Below are positions 20,717-31,888 of a DNA stretch of 64,000 bases, in pieces. A model generated the notes under the pieces. It did not search any database and was not told the origin of the DNA. It saw nothing but the letters and a program-made list of their open reading frames with translations. Both the position numbers and the translations under genes were made by a program. This stretch comes from an uncultured Spirochaetota bacterium. GTDB taxonomy: Bacteria > Spirochaetota > Brevinematia > Brevinematales > JAOACQ01. Numbering within the stretch: the first letter of the stretch is position 1; the number at the start of each line of letters is the position of its first letter. Where the stretch lies: positions 288,001 to 352,000 of the forward strand of contig CAWIGG010000004.1 of assembly GCA_963835575.1 (NCBI GenBank). Reading direction: 5' to 3'.

Positions 20717-21035
20717 TCCGACAGGCTGCCGGGGGGGTTACGATATTTCTTTCTTTTCGAAAAGAAAGAAATATCGCGCTAAAGAAAGAAAACAGGTCGA
20801 GGCCATTTTCATTCGAAGCAGCCGGAATGTACGGAGGTGTGTCATCCGGCTTTTAAAAAACCAATTCCTTATTAAAATAGCCTCCTATGTCGCCGTCCAA
20901 TGGCTTTATGCGTCGGTTGCGGCTTCCGTGCCGCAAGCTTGTGCTTCTTTTCATTTATTATAACAGCGGATAACACGACTTGATATGGAGTTGATTGGTA
21001 TTCTGATTAAAGTCAGGAGGAAAATGGCCTCGGGA
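20717..21035. repeat. Structured ~320 bp element (family C), copy 1; candidate ncRNA or MITE
   Basis: Perfect 36-bp palindrome cgatatttctttcttttc|gaaaagaaagaaatatcg; cgaggccattttc..gaaaatggcctcg closing stem; inverted homolog at 45180-45544. Confidence 0.85.
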
Positions 21036-21059
21036 AAGGAAAAAAACTAATTGCTATTA

Positions 21060-22952
21060 TTAAACTCCATGTCGTGAATAATCAGGTTTGAATCTAAATA
21101 ATAAATATAATTCTTCAGGAGTATAAATTTTAAGGATAAAAACTCCATATAATAGATATAAATGTAATTCTGATTTTTCTAAAAGTTTCATTATATATTC
21201 AGTTATCTCAAATGAATATGATATAAAACTCTCTTTTTTATAAATTTCATTTGAATTATAATACTCTCGACCAACATACATTATACCAACAAGCAACGCT
21301 AAAAATTCTTTTTTCTGTAATCTAAGATAACTTATAAAATTATTTTTTATTTTTCTAGATTCTAATAAATAGTCTGAACTCAAATTTGATAACTCTATAC
21401 CAGTTCCAAGATTATATTTTTTATGTAGTATATTTCTATCAGATTTCAATTTTATTGCAAGATTTATTGTATTATATATTATTTTATTCTCATCGGATAA
21501 TGAACTTAAGAGTAACTTTCTATTATTTTTCATCTCAATATCTTTATTTTCTTTAATAATTTTCCTAACATTTTTATAAATATAGTTTCTAAATTCATTT
21601 GTATTCATTTTATTATGTCGCCCATCATACGTTGATGCGTCCTTATTATAAAGAGATTGTTTTGCAAATATTACTAAAGCACCTTTTTGTATTCTACTGA
21701 CCAATCTTGCTCCTTTTGGCAAGGGACCATCATAATAATAACCCGAATCCCAAACTGATCTATCTACATATTCATTTGGTTTAATTTCTGTTAATTCTTC
21801 AATTATACTTTCATAGATAATTGCTTTAATGGGTTTAGTTTCTATTCTTAAATAGTTCCATTCTGGCACATAATGAAAATTTTCATAGATCAATCTTTTT
21901 GGTTTTATGATATAACAAGAACCATTTAAATCTAAATCAAGGCAGCCAGGTTCATTAGATTTTTTAACTCCTATTAAATCTAGTCCACCACCTCTTGGTA
22001 AAAATAGATGATTTAAATTTTCTGTTTCACATAGAAATGATAAAATAGATATTATATCATCTATATTATTCCAAACCATACGTGCCGGTTTATTAATTTT
22101 ATGTACATGGTCATCAAAATAATTCCATTGCAATATATTCTGAATGCTGAAATCTTTTGAGGCGGTTAGCCACTCTTCAATTTTATTAATGAATATATTC
22201 ATTGTTGGTCTTAATGATGGATTTTCATTTGTACAATCACGTAATAAATTATCTATTGGGAAAAGAAAATCATTTTTTATAAATCTTTTTAATGAAATAT
22301 TTTCATCTGAAGCATCATACCTACCATCAAAACCATCATAAACATTTGTTAACAATATCCAGAATGTTTTTGATAATGAATATACGTCAGCTAATCTACC
22401 ATCGGAATTTTGAGGTGATCTCCTCATTTCTGGAGCAATAGTCCATATTGGCCCTAATTTTTTTTCTTTTGTTATCTTAGATTTATGAGGAAAATCTACT
22501 AAACCAAAATCACCAATACACCAATTATTATTATAATAATATAAATTTTCAGGCTTTATATCTCTATGAGAAATTCCAATATTATGAAAATATATTAAAA
22601 CTTTTGCTATACTAAGAATAGCTTTTGCTATTTCATAAATATCAGTTTTGCTAATTTTTTCAATGATGGGCGTCGCAATTGGCATTACATACCAATAAGG
22701 AATGTCTTTAGTTGATGCTTGAAGAAAAGAATCTAATATAGGAATTATACCTATAAGATTATTATTATCTTTTACAGTTTGAATTTCATATTTAAATCTC
22801 TTAAATAAAATATTATTTTTAATAAAAATATTTTTTAATATCTTCATTGCATATTCTTGCTGATTTTGATCTTTTACTTTCCAAACTTCTGAATTTCCCC
22901 CAAAACCAAGTTTTTCAATTAATGTATATTTATCAATTTTTTTAATTTTCAT
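21060..22952 (-). CDS. Hanks-type Ser/Thr protein kinase with unknown middle domain and DUF3775-like C-terminus; AT-rich, likely horizontally acquired
   Basis: GFGGNSEV, AMK, HRDIKPEN, DFG, APE, DVYSL; visibly far more AT-rich than its flanks. Confidence 0.9.
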   Translation of the reverse strand: MKIKKIDKYTLIEKLGFGGNSEVWKVKDQNQQEYAMKILKNIFIKNNILFKRFKYEIQTVKDNNNLIGIIPILDSFLQASTKDIPYWYVMPIATPIIEKISKTDIYEIAKAILSIAKVLIYFHNIGISHRDIKPENLYYYNNNWCIGDFGLVDFPHKSKITKEKKLGPIWTIAPEMRRSPQNSDGRLADVYSLSKTFWILLTNVYDGFDGRYDASDENISLKRFIKNDFLFPIDNLLRDCTNENPSLRPTMNIFINKIEEWLTASKDFSIQNILQWNYFDDHVHKINKPARMVWNNIDDIISILSFLCETENLNHLFLPRGGGLDLIGVKKSNEPGCLDLDLNGSCYIIKPKRLIYENFHYVPEWNYLRIETKPIKAIIYESIIEELTEIKPNEYVDRSVWDSGYYYDGPLPKGARLVSRIQKGALVIFAKQSLYNKDASTYDGRHNKMNTNEFRNYIYKNVRKIIKENKDIEMKNNRKLLLSSLSDENKIIYNTINLAIKLKSDRNILHKKYNLGTGIELSNLSSDYLLESRKIKNNFISYLRLQKKEFLALLVGIMYVGREYYNSNEIYKKESFISYSFEITEYIMKLLEKSELHLYLLYGVFILKIYTPEELYLLFRFKPDYSRHGV

Positions 22953-23017
22953 TAAAAACCTTCCACTCTCGTCCTATTTTATTCCCGGCATCGAGTATTA
23001 GAATAAGGCAGCTCAAT

Positions 23018-23190
23018 GTAAAACTAAATCCTAAAAATCTGTCCCAATCCGTGAAATCTGTGTGAAATTGGGGTCTATAAATAAGCTTTAATAAAGTAAA
23101 CAAAGGATTGTGAGTCAGAATTTTATGTATTACCGGCGTAGCCCGCACCCTATTCGCGTATCTTCGCGTATCTTCGCGTATCTTCGCGGA
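23018..23190 (-). repeat. Family B repeat modules, inverted relative to 20350-20503
   Basis: gtaaaactaaatccta...atccgtgaaatctgtgtgaa; ggcgtagcc..caccct; tandem (ttcgcgtatc) x3. Confidence 0.7.
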
Positions 23191-23204
23191 AGCCCAGTCC
23201 TGCC

Positions 23205-25781
23205 TTAAACCGGCTTCTCCTGCCTATTCATGAAGTTATTCAATTCTTCCGCCCCGAACAACACCTCCCGCGGCTTGCTGGAGCCTGTCGACGGGCCAAG
23301 GGCCCCCATTTTATCCATCGCCTCGATCAGCCTGGAAGCGCGGTTGTAGCCGATGCGGAAGCGGCGCTGGAGGGACGAAGCCGAAATCTCGCCGTTTTCC
23401 ACGGCCGCCTTGAGCGACTCGATAAAGAGCGGGTCGTCGCGGTAATCGACTGAAAAAGCCGAATCCGTTTCCGAGGCGGGGCTTGCCATCAGGCCCTCGA
23501 CATCGATCACATAATCCGCCTTTCCGTTCCTCTTGAGGTCTTTTACAAGATTTTCGATGTCCGAATTGGAAACATAGGGCGACTGAATGCGGAGCATATC
23601 GATAAAATTCGGCGTCATAAAAAGCATGTCTCCCTTTCCCAGGAGCTTTTCCGCCCCGCTTTTATCCAGAATGGTACGGGAATCCGTCTGCGAGCTGACG
23701 CGGAACGCGATGCGGGAAGGGAAGTTCGCCTTGATGATCCCGGTAACGACATCCACGCTCGGCCGCTGTGTCGCCACAACCAGATGGATGCCCACGGCCC
23801 TGGCCATCGCCGCTATGCGGGATATGACCTTTTCCGTTTCCTTCGGAAGCCGGAGCATCAGGTTCGCGAACTCATCTATCACGATAACAATATAGGGAAA
23901 GTATTCATAGGTTTTTTCGGCGTCATCCCTGGCGGCGGTTTTGATCTTTTTAACCTCGCGGTTATAATCGTCCATGTTGCGCACGCCGAAATCGCTGAGC
24001 ATCTTGTATCTTTTATCCATTTCGGCGGACGTCCATTCCAGCACGGCAATGGCCTCTTCCGGGCTGGTTATGACCGGCGCCAGCAGGTGCGGAATGCCGT
24101 TGTAAAGCTCCAGCTCCACCATTTTGGGATCGATAAAAATAAACTTCACCTCTTCGGCTGTCTTTTTGAATGTCAGGCCGCCGATCAGGGAATTGACATA
24201 AACGCTTTTTCCGCTGCCGGTCGTACCGGCGATCAAAAGATGCGGCATTTCCGTCAGGTCTTCAATCACGATATTGCCAGCTATATCCTTCCCGAGGATG
24301 AGCGGAAGCTTCGCCTTTGTTTTTTTATATTCTTCGCTTTCTATGATCTCGCGGAGGACAACCGTTCTCCTGAATTTGTTGGGCACTTCCACGCCGACGA
24401 TGCTTTTGTTGCCGATCGGCGCGACAATGCGGATGTTGCGCGTGCCGAGGTTCAGCGCCAGGTCGTCCGTCAGGTTCACGATATTTTTGAGCTTCAATCC
24501 TGTGGGGGGAATTATTTCATAACGGGTGATGGCCGGCCCTCTCGAGTGACCGGAGACCCTGACGTCAATTTTAAAGCTCGCAAACGTATTCTCAATGATC
24601 TTGGAGACCCTGTCGATCTCCTCGTTCTCCTCCGCGCGGGAAAAGCTTTCAAGCCCTTTTTCCAGAATATTCAAATCCGGAAAAACATAATCCGGATGGG
24701 TTTCTTTTTCAGTAAAAAGCTCCTGTTCAATGTCTTCCCTGCTCCGCCTGGACTGCGCCAGCTCGGCGTAATCAGCCTCGCCGACAATCTCTTCTATTTC
24801 CAGACCGTTCGATTCGTTCAATAACTCAGGTTCCGGTTTTTCTTTTTGAATGATTATCTCCTCTTCCGGCTTTTTTTCACTCACTTCCTCTACAGGAATT
24901 TCTTTATCCATAATAGAAATATTAGCTGCAGAAATGGCTTTCTCACCCTCTCCCAGCTCCTGATCAAAAAATTGATTGATTTCTGATAAAATATCCCCGG
25001 CGGCCTTTTTCTCTATAAGCCACAGCGGCGCTTTCTGCGCTTCCCGGGACAGCGAAGCGACATCGACAAATTCCCTGCCCTCATCTTTCCGCGGAGTATG
25101 GTGGAGATACTCCGGCTCCTTCCGCTCCGCCCATTTTTCTTCCTTTTCCATATTCCGGCCCGGATGATCTTGGGTATTCCGGCCTTCCCCCTGATAAGCG
25201 AAGACTTCCCTTCCGCTGACAGGCTCTTCTTTTGTTTTTGCCAGAAGGCCGAACATCTGGAAAGGCGCGAGTACAATCCATCCCAGAAGCCTGGCCAGTC
25301 CGTAAGTCATCTGCTGGAAGAGCTTCATGGCTGAAACCAGGGAAAGCAGTAAAATAAGGGAAAATATGCCGATTATGATATAGGGATGCAGAACTTCCTG
25401 AAGGCTTTTGGAAATGGCAAGGCCGAAAAGTCCAGATTCTATATAGGTTGCCGCGGGCATGAGGACTGCCAGTATGACAGACAGGCAGATTGTCGCGATA
25501 ATGAACAGGGTTGCTTTTATAAAAATCCTTCCGATTTTCGCGCCGACCAGAAAATTGATCCCGATGACAAAAAAACCGAAATTAAGGGCCAGAGAACCGT
25601 ATTTTCCATACAAGAGGACCAGGGGGGAAGAAATCCAGACTCCCAGGATCCCGGCCATATTTTCAAGAGGCTGGTTGACCTTTGACGCAAGAAAGGCCGA
25701 ATCCATAGGATTAAAACTGAGGAGCGCAATCAGTAATACCGCGGAAAAGGCAATCAATGTATAGCCCAGAATAATTCTCAT
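23205..25781 (-). CDS. ftsK: DNA translocase FtsK
   Basis: N-terminal TMs, GTTGSGKS, IDEFA, ATQRPSVDV, gamma domain 'SSLQRRFRIGYNRASRL'. Confidence 0.98.
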   Translation of the reverse strand: MRIILGYTLIAFSAVLLIALLSFNPMDSAFLASKVNQPLENMAGILGVWISSPLVLLYGKYGSLALNFGFFVIGINFLVGAKIGRIFIKATLFIIATICLSVILAVLMPAATYIESGLFGLAISKSLQEVLHPYIIIGIFSLILLLSLVSAMKLFQQMTYGLARLLGWIVLAPFQMFGLLAKTKEEPVSGREVFAYQGEGRNTQDHPGRNMEKEEKWAERKEPEYLHHTPRKDEGREFVDVASLSREAQKAPLWLIEKKAAGDILSEINQFFDQELGEGEKAISAANISIMDKEIPVEEVSEKKPEEEIIIQKEKPEPELLNESNGLEIEEIVGEADYAELAQSRRSREDIEQELFTEKETHPDYVFPDLNILEKGLESFSRAEENEEIDRVSKIIENTFASFKIDVRVSGHSRGPAITRYEIIPPTGLKLKNIVNLTDDLALNLGTRNIRIVAPIGNKSIVGVEVPNKFRRTVVLREIIESEEYKKTKAKLPLILGKDIAGNIVIEDLTEMPHLLIAGTTGSGKSVYVNSLIGGLTFKKTAEEVKFIFIDPKMVELELYNGIPHLLAPVITSPEEAIAVLEWTSAEMDKRYKMLSDFGVRNMDDYNREVKKIKTAARDDAEKTYEYFPYIVIVIDEFANLMLRLPKETEKVISRIAAMARAVGIHLVVATQRPSVDVVTGIIKANFPSRIAFRVSSQTDSRTILDKSGAEKLLGKGDMLFMTPNFIDMLRIQSPYVSNSDIENLVKDLKRNGKADYVIDVEGLMASPASETDSAFSVDYRDDPLFIESLKAAVENGEISASSLQRRFRIGYNRASRLIEAMDKMGALGPSTGSSKPREVLFGAEELNNFMNRQEKPV

Positions 25782-26000
25782 TTCCCAAACCCCTTTTTAA
25801 TAAAAAGCAAGGGCTATTATACCTATTATAAAGTAATAAATAGAAAAATTAAATAATTTCAATTCAATAATTATTATCCGACTTTTATTCTAATAAACAA
25901 CTCATTTTTTATCAAGTAGAGCTCAATCAGTTAAATCTTAACGGAATAGTTTGACTTTTTTTCCTATTTGTAATAAAAATATGGAGACAGGAGAGATTCT

Positions 26001-28694
26001 GTGACCAAAGCCAAAATACTTATAGTAGAAGATGAAGTCATTGTTTCAAAAGACCTGGAATCAAAACTGAATAAACTTGGTTATGACGTGGCCGGCAGCG
26101 CATCCACCGGAAAGGATGCCGTGGCAAAGACAAAAATAATAAACCCGGATATTATTCTGATGGATATAGCCCTGAAGGGCTCCATGAACGGTATTGAGGC
26201 CTCAAAAACCATCAGGGAACATCATGATATCCCCATTATTTACCTTACCGCGTCATCCGATGAATTGACCATTCAAAAGGCCGAAAAAGGCAATCCTTTC
26301 GGATATATCATCAAGCCTTATGGGGAAAAGGAGCTGCAGACCAATATTGAAATCGCGCTGTCCCGCTATCAGCTGGAAAAACGGTTAAAAGAGAGCGAAG
26401 GATGGCTCACGGCCACTTTCGACAGCATGGGAGACGCCGTTATAGCCGCCGATAAAAACGGCATCATCAGGAAAATGAATGCCCAGGCTGAAGACCTGAC
26501 CGGATGGAAGAAAGACGCCGCGATCGGGAAAAAAATTACCGAAGTCTTTCAAACCAGGGATGAAAAAACAGGGGAAGACCTTACCAAAAGCCTTTTAAAA
26601 GGAATTGAAGACAGCGCCAGCGAGAAGCTTATCAACACTGAAATACTCATATCCAGAAGCGGCTCAACCATTTATATCGATAAAAGAGCGGCCCCTATCA
26701 AGACCGGGGACGGGAATATTCTGGGCGTTGTAATGATCTTCAGGGATGTCACGGAAAAAAGAAGGCTTCAGCAGCAGATTTTTGATTCGGAAAAAAAGTT
26801 CCGCCATATCTTTGAACAGGCAAATGACGCGATTTTTCTTATGGAAAAAGGCATTTTCAGGGACTGCAACGCAAAAGCCGAAAAAATAGTCGGCCGCAAA
26901 AAAGAAATGATCATCAACAAAAAACTGGGCGATTTGTTTGATTTTATGCAGCTGGAATATCCGCAGGACCCGCCGGCTAAAATTTATGAGGAAATAAAAA
27001 AAGACCTGCAGAAGGGAAATGTAACCAGGGAATTCATTTTAAAAAGAAAAGACGGCAAGGAAATTATTGCCGAAGTCAGTTTCAGTTCTATTGTTATTGA
27101 TAATAAGCTTATGGAACTGATTTTCATCCATGATATCTCCGACAGGAAGAAGCTGGAAAAAGCTTTTCAGGAAAGCGAAAAACAATACCGGCAATTGGTG
27201 GAAATGGCGCAGGAAGGCATCTGGTCCATTAATGCGAATTATGATACTGTTTTTGTCAATCCGCGCATGGCGGAAATCACTGGTTTTACAGTTCTTGAAA
27301 TGATAGGGTCTCATTTTTGTTCTTTTTTTCATCCGGAAGACTCAAAAAAATGCATCAATAATATTGAAAAAGCTAAAAAAAATATGGAAAAGAGCTTTGA
27401 AGAACGGCTTATCCGCAAAGATAAATCACTCATTTATGTCAGGATAACCGTTTCGCCCATATTAAATGAGACAGGCGCATTATCCGGGCACATATTTGTC
27501 GTAACAGATATCACCAACCTCAAAAAAGAGGAAGAGGAGATCCGCAAGCTTTCCTCCGCCATTGAACAAAGCCCTTCATCCATAGTCATAACTGATATAA
27601 AGGGCAATATTGAATATGTTAATCCCCATTTCATAGAACTGACGGGCTACTCAAAGGATGAGCTTCTGGGTAATAACCCAAGGGTACTCAAGACAGACTA
27701 TACGCCCCGGGAAGAATATGTTAAACTCTGGAAAATCATTTCAGAAGGCGGGACCTGGCAGGGCGTTTTCCATAATAAGAAGAAAAACGGCGAGCTTTAT
27801 TGGGAATTGGCCTCAATCTCGCCGATTAAAAACAGCGGCGGTACGATCACTCATTATATCGGCGTAAAAGAAAATATCACTGACAGAAAAAAAGCCGAGG
27901 ACGCCCTTTCAAAAACCCTTATGGAACTTGCCAGGCTTAATGAGAATCTGGACAAAAAGGTGAAAGATGAATTGAATAAAAACAGGGAAAAGGACCAGCT
28001 TCTCATCCAGCAGTCGCGGCAGGCCGCGATGGGCGAGATGATCGGCAATATCGCCCATCAATGGAGACAGCCGATTAACGCCCTCGGCATTGTGATACAG
28101 AATATTGAGCAATCCTTTGTTCATGAAAAACTCACAAAAAAATACCTTGAGAATACCGTCAATAAAGCCATGTCAATTATCCGCCATATGTCCCAGACGA
28201 TCGATGATTTCAGGAATTTTTTTAAGCCTGATAAGGAGAAAGAGGATTTCAGTATAAAGGAAGCAGTTAACAAAACCATCTCATTTATGGAAACCAGCTT
28301 AAGAGAATATAATATTTTAATTATTTTTAAAACTGAAAAAGACATAATCCGTAATGGTTTTCCCAATGAATACTGCCAGGTCATTATGAATATTTTCAGT
28401 AATGTAAAAGACGCTGTTCTCGAAAGGAAAATCCATCAGTCAAATATTGTCATAGAATTAACAGAAAACAACGGGAAATCAATACTGACAATCCGGGATA
28501 ATGCCGGCGGTATTCCTGAAAATATCATAGACAGGGTTTTCGACCCCTATTTTTCCACAAAGGAGCATGGTTCCGGCATCGGCCTTTATATGTCCAAGGT
28601 CATTATAGAAAAAAATATGGGCGGAAAACTTACTGCCGGGAATATTGGGAAAAAGCCCGATTCGACCGGAGCGGAATTTAAAATAGAACTTTAA
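26001..28694 (+). CDS. Cytoplasmic sensor histidine kinase: REC + 4 PAS + HisKA + HATPase
   Basis: REC (VEDE, MDI, KP), repeated PAS-PAC ending DVT/DIS/DIT, H-box IAHQWRQP, DNAGG, GSGIGL. Confidence 0.93.
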   Translation: MTKAKILIVEDEVIVSKDLESKLNKLGYDVAGSASTGKDAVAKTKIINPDIILMDIALKGSMNGIEASKTIREHHDIPIIYLTASSDELTIQKAEKGNPFGYIIKPYGEKELQTNIEIALSRYQLEKRLKESEGWLTATFDSMGDAVIAADKNGIIRKMNAQAEDLTGWKKDAAIGKKITEVFQTRDEKTGEDLTKSLLKGIEDSASEKLINTEILISRSGSTIYIDKRAAPIKTGDGNILGVVMIFRDVTEKRRLQQQIFDSEKKFRHIFEQANDAIFLMEKGIFRDCNAKAEKIVGRKKEMIINKKLGDLFDFMQLEYPQDPPAKIYEEIKKDLQKGNVTREFILKRKDGKEIIAEVSFSSIVIDNKLMELIFIHDISDRKKLEKAFQESEKQYRQLVEMAQEGIWSINANYDTVFVNPRMAEITGFTVLEMIGSHFCSFFHPEDSKKCINNIEKAKKNMEKSFEERLIRKDKSLIYVRITVSPILNETGALSGHIFVVTDITNLKKEEEEIRKLSSAIEQSPSSIVITDIKGNIEYVNPHFIELTGYSKDELLGNNPRVLKTDYTPREEYVKLWKIISEGGTWQGVFHNKKKNGELYWELASISPIKNSGGTITHYIGVKENITDRKKAEDALSKTLMELARLNENLDKKVKDELNKNREKDQLLIQQSRQAAMGEMIGNIAHQWRQPINALGIVIQNIEQSFVHEKLTKKYLENTVNKAMSIIRHMSQTIDDFRNFFKPDKEKEDFSIKEAVNKTISFMETSLREYNILIIFKTEKDIIRNGFPNEYCQVIMNIFSNVKDAVLERKIHQSNIVIELTENNGKSILTIRDNAGGIPENIIDRVFDPYFSTKEHGSGIGLYMSKVIIEKNMGGKLTAGNIGKKPDSTGAEFKIEL

Positions 28695-28754
28695 ATGAAA
28701 GAGCTTTAAATTTTCTCAAAATAGGTGTAATATATATCAAAGAACTTTTAATTA

Positions 28755-28808
28755 AGGGCATTCCCAAAAACTACCATGAAAATCAAATTGGTGTTTTTGG
28801 AAATGCCT
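28755..28808. repeat. Family A palindrome (54 bp)
   Basis: agggcattcccaaaaactacc..ggtgtttttggaaatgcct; nearly identical to 51990-52044. Confidence 0.85.
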
Positions 28809-28903
28809 AAAATCTTATACTTGGAGAATAAGATGTTCTAAATTCCTTAATATTTTGTCGGTTTTTAAAACTACCCTTAAAATTATAAATTTAGGAGGAA
28901 TTC

Positions 28904-29731
28904 GTGATGAATAAATGGTATCTGATATGTTTTTCGCTATTATTCTGCTTTCTTACGCGGGATATTTTTCCTGATGATAAAATGGCATATTCCGTAAGTC
29001 TTTATGTCGGCATTGTAAAATATTCCCAGAACAACGGCTCAAGCTGGAAAAAGGTTTTTCCCGATCTCGCGCTCATCGAACAGGCCCTTCTTAAGACAGG
29101 CCGGAATTCATACTGCGATATTCTCATGCCGAACAGGGGGGTTTTCCGCGTAATGGACAATACCCTCGTTCAGATCAAGGAATTGAAAAAGCAGGTGGAA
29201 GAGATCAAGGTAAAAAAAGGCAGGGCCATGTTCAGCGTTAACAGAAAGCTTGAAAAGGATGAAAGCTTTATGGTTGAAACATCCGTTGCCAACGCGGCAG
29301 TGCGGGGCACAAAGTTTGAAATCGACGCCGACAGCACGGACCTCGATGTTTCCGTTGCCGAAGGCACGGTCAGCATAACAAGGAATGTCAATATCCCGGA
29401 TGAATACAAAGACGATGAACAGGTCCAGAGCCTCCTGACGGTGGATGCCGCGTCAAACCAGACAATCAAGCTGACAATGGAAGAAAATAAGGAACTGGAA
29501 GACCACATCAACAGGGTGAAAAATAATAAGGATGAAGTACTGAAAGCGCTTCAGGATTCACATGACGCCACGGCGAAAAAGCTCCAGATCATGAAGCGGA
29601 ACATCAACCGCGTCTTTGACGAGCTTGAAAAATCTGACGAAAAACAGAATACGGATTTGAATAATAACAATAATAATGATGATGATGAAACGCAGAACAC
29701 AATAGATAAAGTCAAAAAGCACGAAAAGTAA
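28904..29731 (+). CDS. Exported FecR-domain protein
   Basis: Signal peptide; 'LKTGRNS', 'VETSVANAAVRGTKF', 'VSVAEGTV'; AGGAGG RBS. Confidence 0.85.
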   Translation: MMNKWYLICFSLLFCFLTRDIFPDDKMAYSVSLYVGIVKYSQNNGSSWKKVFPDLALIEQALLKTGRNSYCDILMPNRGVFRVMDNTLVQIKELKKQVEEIKVKKGRAMFSVNRKLEKDESFMVETSVANAAVRGTKFEIDADSTDLDVSVAEGTVSITRNVNIPDEYKDDEQVQSLLTVDAASNQTIKLTMEENKELEDHINRVKNNKDEVLKALQDSHDATAKKLQIMKRNINRVFDELEKSDEKQNTDLNNNNNNDDDETQNTIDKVKKHEK

Positions 29732-29744
29732 ACTTATAATAAAT

Positions 29745-29818
29745 AATAAAGGCGCCCCTCACCATTTTGCCCGGCTTAACCGGAGCAGCTGACAAAATGG
29801 TGAGGGGCGCCTTTTTAT
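29745..29818. terminator. Long hairpin / bidirectional terminator between the convergent FecR gene and eno
   Basis: aaaggcgcccctcaccattttg...caaaatggtgaggggcgccttt, arms over 20 bp with A/T tails. Confidence 0.8.
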
Positions 29819-29831
29819 TTGTAATATTCAG

Positions 29832-31163
<1,332 letters not shown>

Positions 31164-31172
31164 TTATTTAAT

Positions 31173-31210
31173 ATACCGTAGAGACGCTGCTTGCGGCGTC
31201 TCTACGGTAT
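31173..31210. repeat. GTAG-type REP-like palindrome
   Basis: ataccGTAGagacgc-tgcttgcg-gcgtctCTACggtat. Confidence 0.7.
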
Positions 31211-31280
31211 GAATTGATATCCATATATGATACCGATAATTATCAGAAAAGTCAAAAGATGCGGGTATTTCCGCTATCTT

Positions 31281-31472
31281 TTAAGCGGTTGTTCTCATCC
31301 CCGCCTTGAACTGCCCCAGTACCGCGATGTCCAGATATCCGCCGCTACGCCAGGCGAAATTCATGACGCTATCCAGCGGTTTTCTCAGAGCGTCCAGGCC
31401 GAACTTTTTACAGGCTGATTGAATATCATTTAAAATTTCACCGGCTTTCTTGACAATATTTCTCAAAACCAT
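31281..31472 (-). pseudogene. Truncated dynamin-like GTPase N-terminus
   Basis: ATG overlaps the USP stop (TGATG); 'LDIAVLGQFKAG' P-loop breaks off before the expected KS and stops a few codons later. Confidence 0.7.
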
Positions 31473-31888
31473 CACTTTATAACCATAACGGAACAGGGCG
31501 CGAGTCTCACAAGACTCTGGCATGTGCTTCCCATTACCCGGTCATAAAGCGCGGAATGCCCCATTGAACCGATGACAAGCAGATCATACCCATGTTTTTT
31601 AATAAACTCGATTATCGTTTTCACTTCATGCCCGATAATCACATGCGTGTGTATTTTTACCCCATGGGCTTTAGCCATCTCCTTAGCTTTCCTGATCGCG
31701 CTTCCATATTTTCCGTCCTCCGCTTTTTTTTCTTCCACAATTTCGCCGATCGTATCCGAAAAATTGGGTATTTCCTCAACCGACACGGTCTCGATTTCAG
31801 AGCCGAAGCTCTTTGCCAGATTAACCGCTTCATTTAAAGCCTTGATGGAACCGGCAGAACCGTCCACTCCCACCAGTATTTTCTTCAT
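31472..31888 (-). CDS. Universal stress protein
   Basis: 'KKILVGVDGS', 'DLLVIGSMGHS...MGST..LVRLAPCSVMVIK'. Confidence 0.95.
   Translation of the reverse strand: MKKILVGVDGSAGSIKALNEAVNLAKSFGSEIETVSVEEIPNFSDTIGEIVEEKKAEDGKYGSAIRKAKEMAKAHGVKIHTHVIIGHEVKTIIEFIKKHGYDLLVIGSMGHSALYDRVMGSTCQSLVRLAPCSVMVIK

Noticed and set aside
20697..20963. 88-aa ORF
   Set aside because: Lies over the family C structured repeat; no recognisable motifs, and the conservation between copies is in base-pairing rather than protein
23151..23190. Tandem 10-mers and other periodic repeats as a CRISPR array
   Set aside because: Units too short, no unique spacers, no cas genes
23784..24824. 346-aa plus-strand ORF
   Set aside because: Antisense shadow of ftsK
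29660..29690. AAT/GAT triplet run in the FecR gene
   Set aside because: In-frame low-complexity Asn/Asp tail; no sign of switching
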